Below, one piece after another: positions 43,501 through 45,910 of a DNA stretch of 45,910 bases. Source of the DNA: Rhizaria sp. SCN 62-66 (lineage: Eukaryota); contig MEDY01000243.1 of the NCBI GenBank assembly GCA_001724265.1, positions 1 through 45,910 of the forward strand. Reading direction: 5' to 3'. The notes below the pieces were generated by a model that saw only the letters and a program-made list of their open reading frames with translations, ran no database searches and was not told the origin of the DNA. The stretch's first letter is position 1. The number at the start of each line of letters is the position of its first letter. A program made the translations under genes and the position numbers.

Positions 43501-45910
43501 CGCGGGGCTGCCCGCGTCCGGCGCCGCGACGACCGCGCACCTGCACTCGCTCGCGGCCTCGACCAACGCCGTCTCGCGCGCGGCTGCGGCGCGCGCGCTC
43601 GAGGCGGAGCGTGCGCGCGAGGTTGCCGCGGCGCGTGCGCGGCCCTTTGGCGCGCACGCGGGCGACGGCTACCTGCCCACGTTCGGCGCCGTGCTCGACC
43701 GGCCGCAGGTGCTCGCGAGCAAGGGCGCGCAGGCCGCCGCGGGCAGCGCCGCCGGCGGCCTCACTGGCGCGGGCGCTGCTGTTCCCGCGACAGCGCTCGC
43801 GTCGGCTGCGGCCGCGGCCGCCGCGGCGGCGGAGACGGCCGGGCAGAGCGCGGGCAGCGTCACTGCGGCCGCGATTACAGCTTCGGTTAATGCGGCGACT
43901 GCTGCGGCGACAACGACGCTGGCCGTGAATGCCAACTTTGCCGCCGCCACCGAGAGCGAAACGGCTGCGCAGGCGCTCGGCATCGCCCCTTCGGCCCTGC
44001 GCCAGACCACCGCTGGCAGTATCACCGCAGCGACTGCGACTGCAAGTGCGAATGCATCGCGTGCGAGCCGCCGTCGGTCCCAGCGGACAGGTGCCGCCGC
44101 TGCAGCCGCTGTGGCCGCGGCCACCGCCTCCGCCGCGGCGGCCGCGTCGTCTGCAGCGGCCGCCTCTGCGCACGCCGGCGTGCCAGAGCAGAGCCGGCCT
44201 GACGTGGCGGCGCTGTGGCGGCCCTCGCCGCTCGCGCTGGCCGCCGCGCTGGCCGCAATTAATGCGCGCGCGCGGCTGCACGCGGCGACCGCGGCCGCGG
44301 CGGCGCGCTCTGTTGCGCTGCTGCTTGCCACGGCCGCCGAGGCGCCGCTGTGCGCCGCGCCCGAGAGCGTTACCGCGCCCGCCGTCGCCGCTGCGGCCGC
44401 GGCCGCGGTCAAGAGCACACTCGCAGCGGGCGCCGCGGCCGGCTACGACCTGCTGACGCCAGCGCAGCCCGCATACTTGCGCTCCTCGTACCCGCTGTCG
44501 CTGTCGCCGCTGCTGCGGCGCGCGCGTTACTGCCCGCCCGGCGCGCCCGCCAGCGCCCCGCCGCTGGCGCTGCTGCCGCTGGGCGCTGCTGCGGCCGCCG
44601 CGGCCTCGGCCGCCGAGCCCGCCGCGCGCGCCGACCCGTCGCTCATGTCGGACTTCGTGGTGCTGGGGCCTGTGCTGGACGCCCGCGCGCGCGCGCTGCG
44701 GCTGCTGCGGCGCCGCGAGCGCGCGTTCGCCGTTGTGCGGGAGAAGGAGGGCGAGCTGCGGCGCGCGCAGCGGGCGCTGGAGAGCCACAACACCGCCACG
44801 GCGGCGCTCGCCCGGGCCGGTGACGGCGACGGCGACGGCGACGGGTCTGCGGACTCGGAGGCGGACAGCCACAGCGCTAGCGCTGCGATAATGCCGGCAT
44901 ATGACAACAATAACAACTACTTCGCTGCTTCTAGAGGTGCTCGTACTGGTGGCTTCGAGTACAGCTCTTCCACTGCGACCGCGACGGAGGACGCTGAACG
45001 TGACCGAGTGAGCAGTGTCAGCGGCGCCAATGCGATGCCGCTGGGCGCCGCGCTGGCCGCCGCGACCTCTGCGCTGGCCAACGTCTGGTCTCTGGACCGC
45101 ATCGTGGGTTCCGTCGTCCCCGAGGGCTCGGTTGTGCTCACTGCCGCCGGCGCCCGCAGGCCCACCGCCGCCGCCAACGCAAACGCCGCCGCAGCCGCCG
45201 CGGCGGCCGCCGCAGCCACCGCCGCGGCCGCGGCCGCGGCGTCCAACGCGATTGGCCCCAGCGATGATCCGGCGTCCGCCGCCGTTGCCAGCCAAAATGA
45301 GGCCGCAGCAGCCGCCGCGGCCGCCGCGGCCGCCGCTGCAGCAGCCGCGGCCGCCGCCGCGGCCGCTGCGGCCGCCGCGAGCAACTCCGTGGCCGTGTCC
45401 GTGGCGGGCGCCGACACGTTCGCGTCGCCCGTGCTGGGCGGCGGCAGCGGGCGCTCGCTGGCCTCGGCGGCGGCTCGGCACTCGCGGCGGCTGCGGCGCC
45501 TGCGCGCGCGCGAGGCAGCGGCCACCCGGCGGCGGCAGCGCGAGACAGTTGAGGCCGCGATCGAGAGCAACCTGGCGACGCAGCGGCAGATGCTCGCGCA
45601 GATGCGCCGCCACGGACTCGCGCTCGACGCCGAGGGCCACGTCGTCGTGCACCCGCACCCCGTGCACGGCCACGGCAGCGGCGGCCACGCGGCGCCCGAG
45701 CCCGTGTCGGCGGCGGACCTGACCGCGGCGCGGCGGCGCGTGGCCGCGATCGTGCACCACCACCACCGGCTGCTGGCACAGCGCCACGCGCTGACGGCCG
45801 CCGCCGCGCGCGCGCGCCGCGCCGCCGCCGCCGCGCGCCCGCGCGTGCCCGCGCCGCCCTCACTGCACGGCCGCGGGATGGGGCTGCTTACGGTCACCGC
45901 CAAGGGCGCC
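40502..45910 (+). CDS. SPG11: Spatacsin (SPG11)-like protein with low-complexity insertions, >1,800 aa, 3' end beyond the right edge
   Basis: ATG 40502 (MSSTGPGSDQ...), with the frame open to the window end (hence absent from the track). Ordered islands WKHLSVDEVVRDALATSRIVHAL (~41738), AGRKVYTLL..LSLYAEDPVSFFSHVMMRTNRAGLR (~42290-42435) and LLRLYPASGY (~42750) resemble, in the same order, the spatacsin solenoid start as I recall it from animal and plant orthologues. The ORF is secure; the identity is moderate. Confidence 0.6.
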   Translation, partial: MSSTGPGSDQRPLRPTVSSFARDPLASSPASSPTAAASATSASGAAGASAESAQSSQLARLAGLFGGTPLPAPVPPRAATVAATVSAVAAPNPAPQPPQQQQQQQQQAGSVSPTASSAATVSVLTKSDFPIAPAGARVNNTSPSSSANAGSSSLSSSSSSSSSSAAPARRGGASNSFGFGGAQDDDDDDDDGGGGFGGGKSALALLDASIKAMAAETETEPDFGGRGGSGFSLNSGGDKGLGSRNDIISSATSATAARNSKVDNKAAAAPVTSAATSAAASTKTAAQAANAEPATATASALPLPQPQPQRQPLPQPQSAAAAAAASVSRSTASASASATAAVASATAVSSLPASPFPPASPNAPRTAPASASVSAVTATVTAPVPAPAAAPAPAPAPAPPRPRAVRMRPISEWKHLSVDEVVRDALATSRIVHALQHLRLRMPLSLDLEHQGDGGDAARTADAIIADSAGSWEEADEEDVALALSAAAAQFQQASAAATGSQNSAGVDAKALVLLANNAKQQQQQQNQQQQGQLSTKTSGSGVNSGISEASSSGVGSNAVTVSNVRGYGTRPLRRFDFDSAESKSWQLAWQFWRERAGRKVYTLLCSDDVDATMLATHVLSLYAEDPVSFFSHVMMRTNRAGLRAGLYQHLAHAMAAQRVALTVIVMKRKSQKQDKGSRTRRAQLENHQQQQSRLQLTHLTTGDSPAPQLDREAEPPLDREIARVEQHELADTAPLLARRDHLLQAYLTLLLRLYPASGYHAARAHLQTAQLTVQYPVPAAGAVPALALTGASRVLTELAPPPERALQRRRAQDAARGRASSSAAAGAGLAGGGGADGGAWGKRARDIAGGLYRAVKGMVAKEGIFVPTTNDDDDDDDGNNNNNGDDDDDDNNNNGDDGDNDDDDDDDDNNNNGDGSSNADPNSPDYAGSRSTRRSGRNNKNSLATLAAALSPALVASSPLLAAATDPAAAAASARMATLAHWAQVRARHRQQRAAAATAAGLPASGAATTAHLHSLAASTNAVSRAAAARALEAERAREVAAARARPFGAHAGDGYLPTFGAVLDRPQVLASKGAQAAAGSAAGGLTGAGAAVPATALASAAAAAAAAAETAGQSAGSVTAAAITASVNAATAAATTTLAVNANFAAATESETAAQALGIAPSALRQTTAGSITAATATASANASRASRRRSQRTGAAAAAAVAAATASAAAAASSAAAASAHAGVPEQSRPDVAALWRPSPLALAAALAAINARARLHAATAAAAARSVALLLATAAEAPLCAAPESVTAPAVAAAAAAAVKSTLAAGAAAGYDLLTPAQPAYLRSSYPLSLSPLLRRARYCPPGAPASAPPLALLPLGAAAAAAASAAEPAARADPSLMSDFVVLGPVLDARARALRLLRRRERAFAVVREKEGELRRAQRALESHNTATAALARAGDGDGDGDGSADSEADSHSASAAIMPAYDNNNNYFAASRGARTGGFEYSSSTATATEDAERDRVSSVSGANAMPLGAALAAATSALANVWSLDRIVGSVVPEGSVVLTAAGARRPTAAANANAAAAAAAAAAATAAAAAAASNAIGPSDDPASAAVASQNEAAAAAAAAAAAAAAAAAAAAAAAAAASNSVAVSVAGADTFASPVLGGGSGRSLASAAARHSRRLRRLRAREAAATRRRQRETVEAAIESNLATQRQMLAQMRRHGLALDAEGHVVVHPHPVHGHGSGGHAAPEPVSAADLTAARRRVAAIVHHHHRLLAQRHALTAAAARARRAAAAARPRVPAPPSLHGRGMGLLTVTAKGA

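Noticed and set aside
40324-45903. Long - strand ORFs such as 43382..45787 (801 aa) and 44917..45903
   Set aside because: They are antisense to the continuous + strand frame from 40502; their Arg/Gly-rich composition is what poly-Ala codons give on the opposite strand.

Overview
This is gene-dense eukaryotic nuclear DNA, most likely from an aerobic protist: coding regions are GC-rich, spacers are AT-rich, and there are 13 short GT-AG introns (103-252 nt, 5' site mostly GTACGT). The window holds, in order: a giant low-complexity protein (>2,840 aa, cut by the left edge), COX15, RPL35A, a membrane RING-H2 ligase, two tandem paralogues fusing importin-alpha-like ARM repeats to a degenerate cyclophilin-like domain, a cathepsin L-like protease, gamma-tubulin, an acidic low-complexity protein, tRNA-Asn(GTT), an AN1 zinc-finger/UBL protein, a greatly expanded Naa50/Naa60-like GNAT, a type I membrane protein, and a spatacsin (SPG11)-like gene cut by the right edge. 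Main observation: two unrelated genes each carry one in-frame TAG in a Gln-rich context (21564-21566 and 34568-34570), with apparently required coding sequence downstream. All 11 complete genes end in TAA (5) or TGA (6), never TAG. This points to UAG being read as a sense codon (probably Gln) while UAA stays a stop, or to efficient UAG readthrough; nonsense alleles or base-call errors cannot be excluded from this window alone. All family assignments come from recognising motifs by eye; no searches were run.
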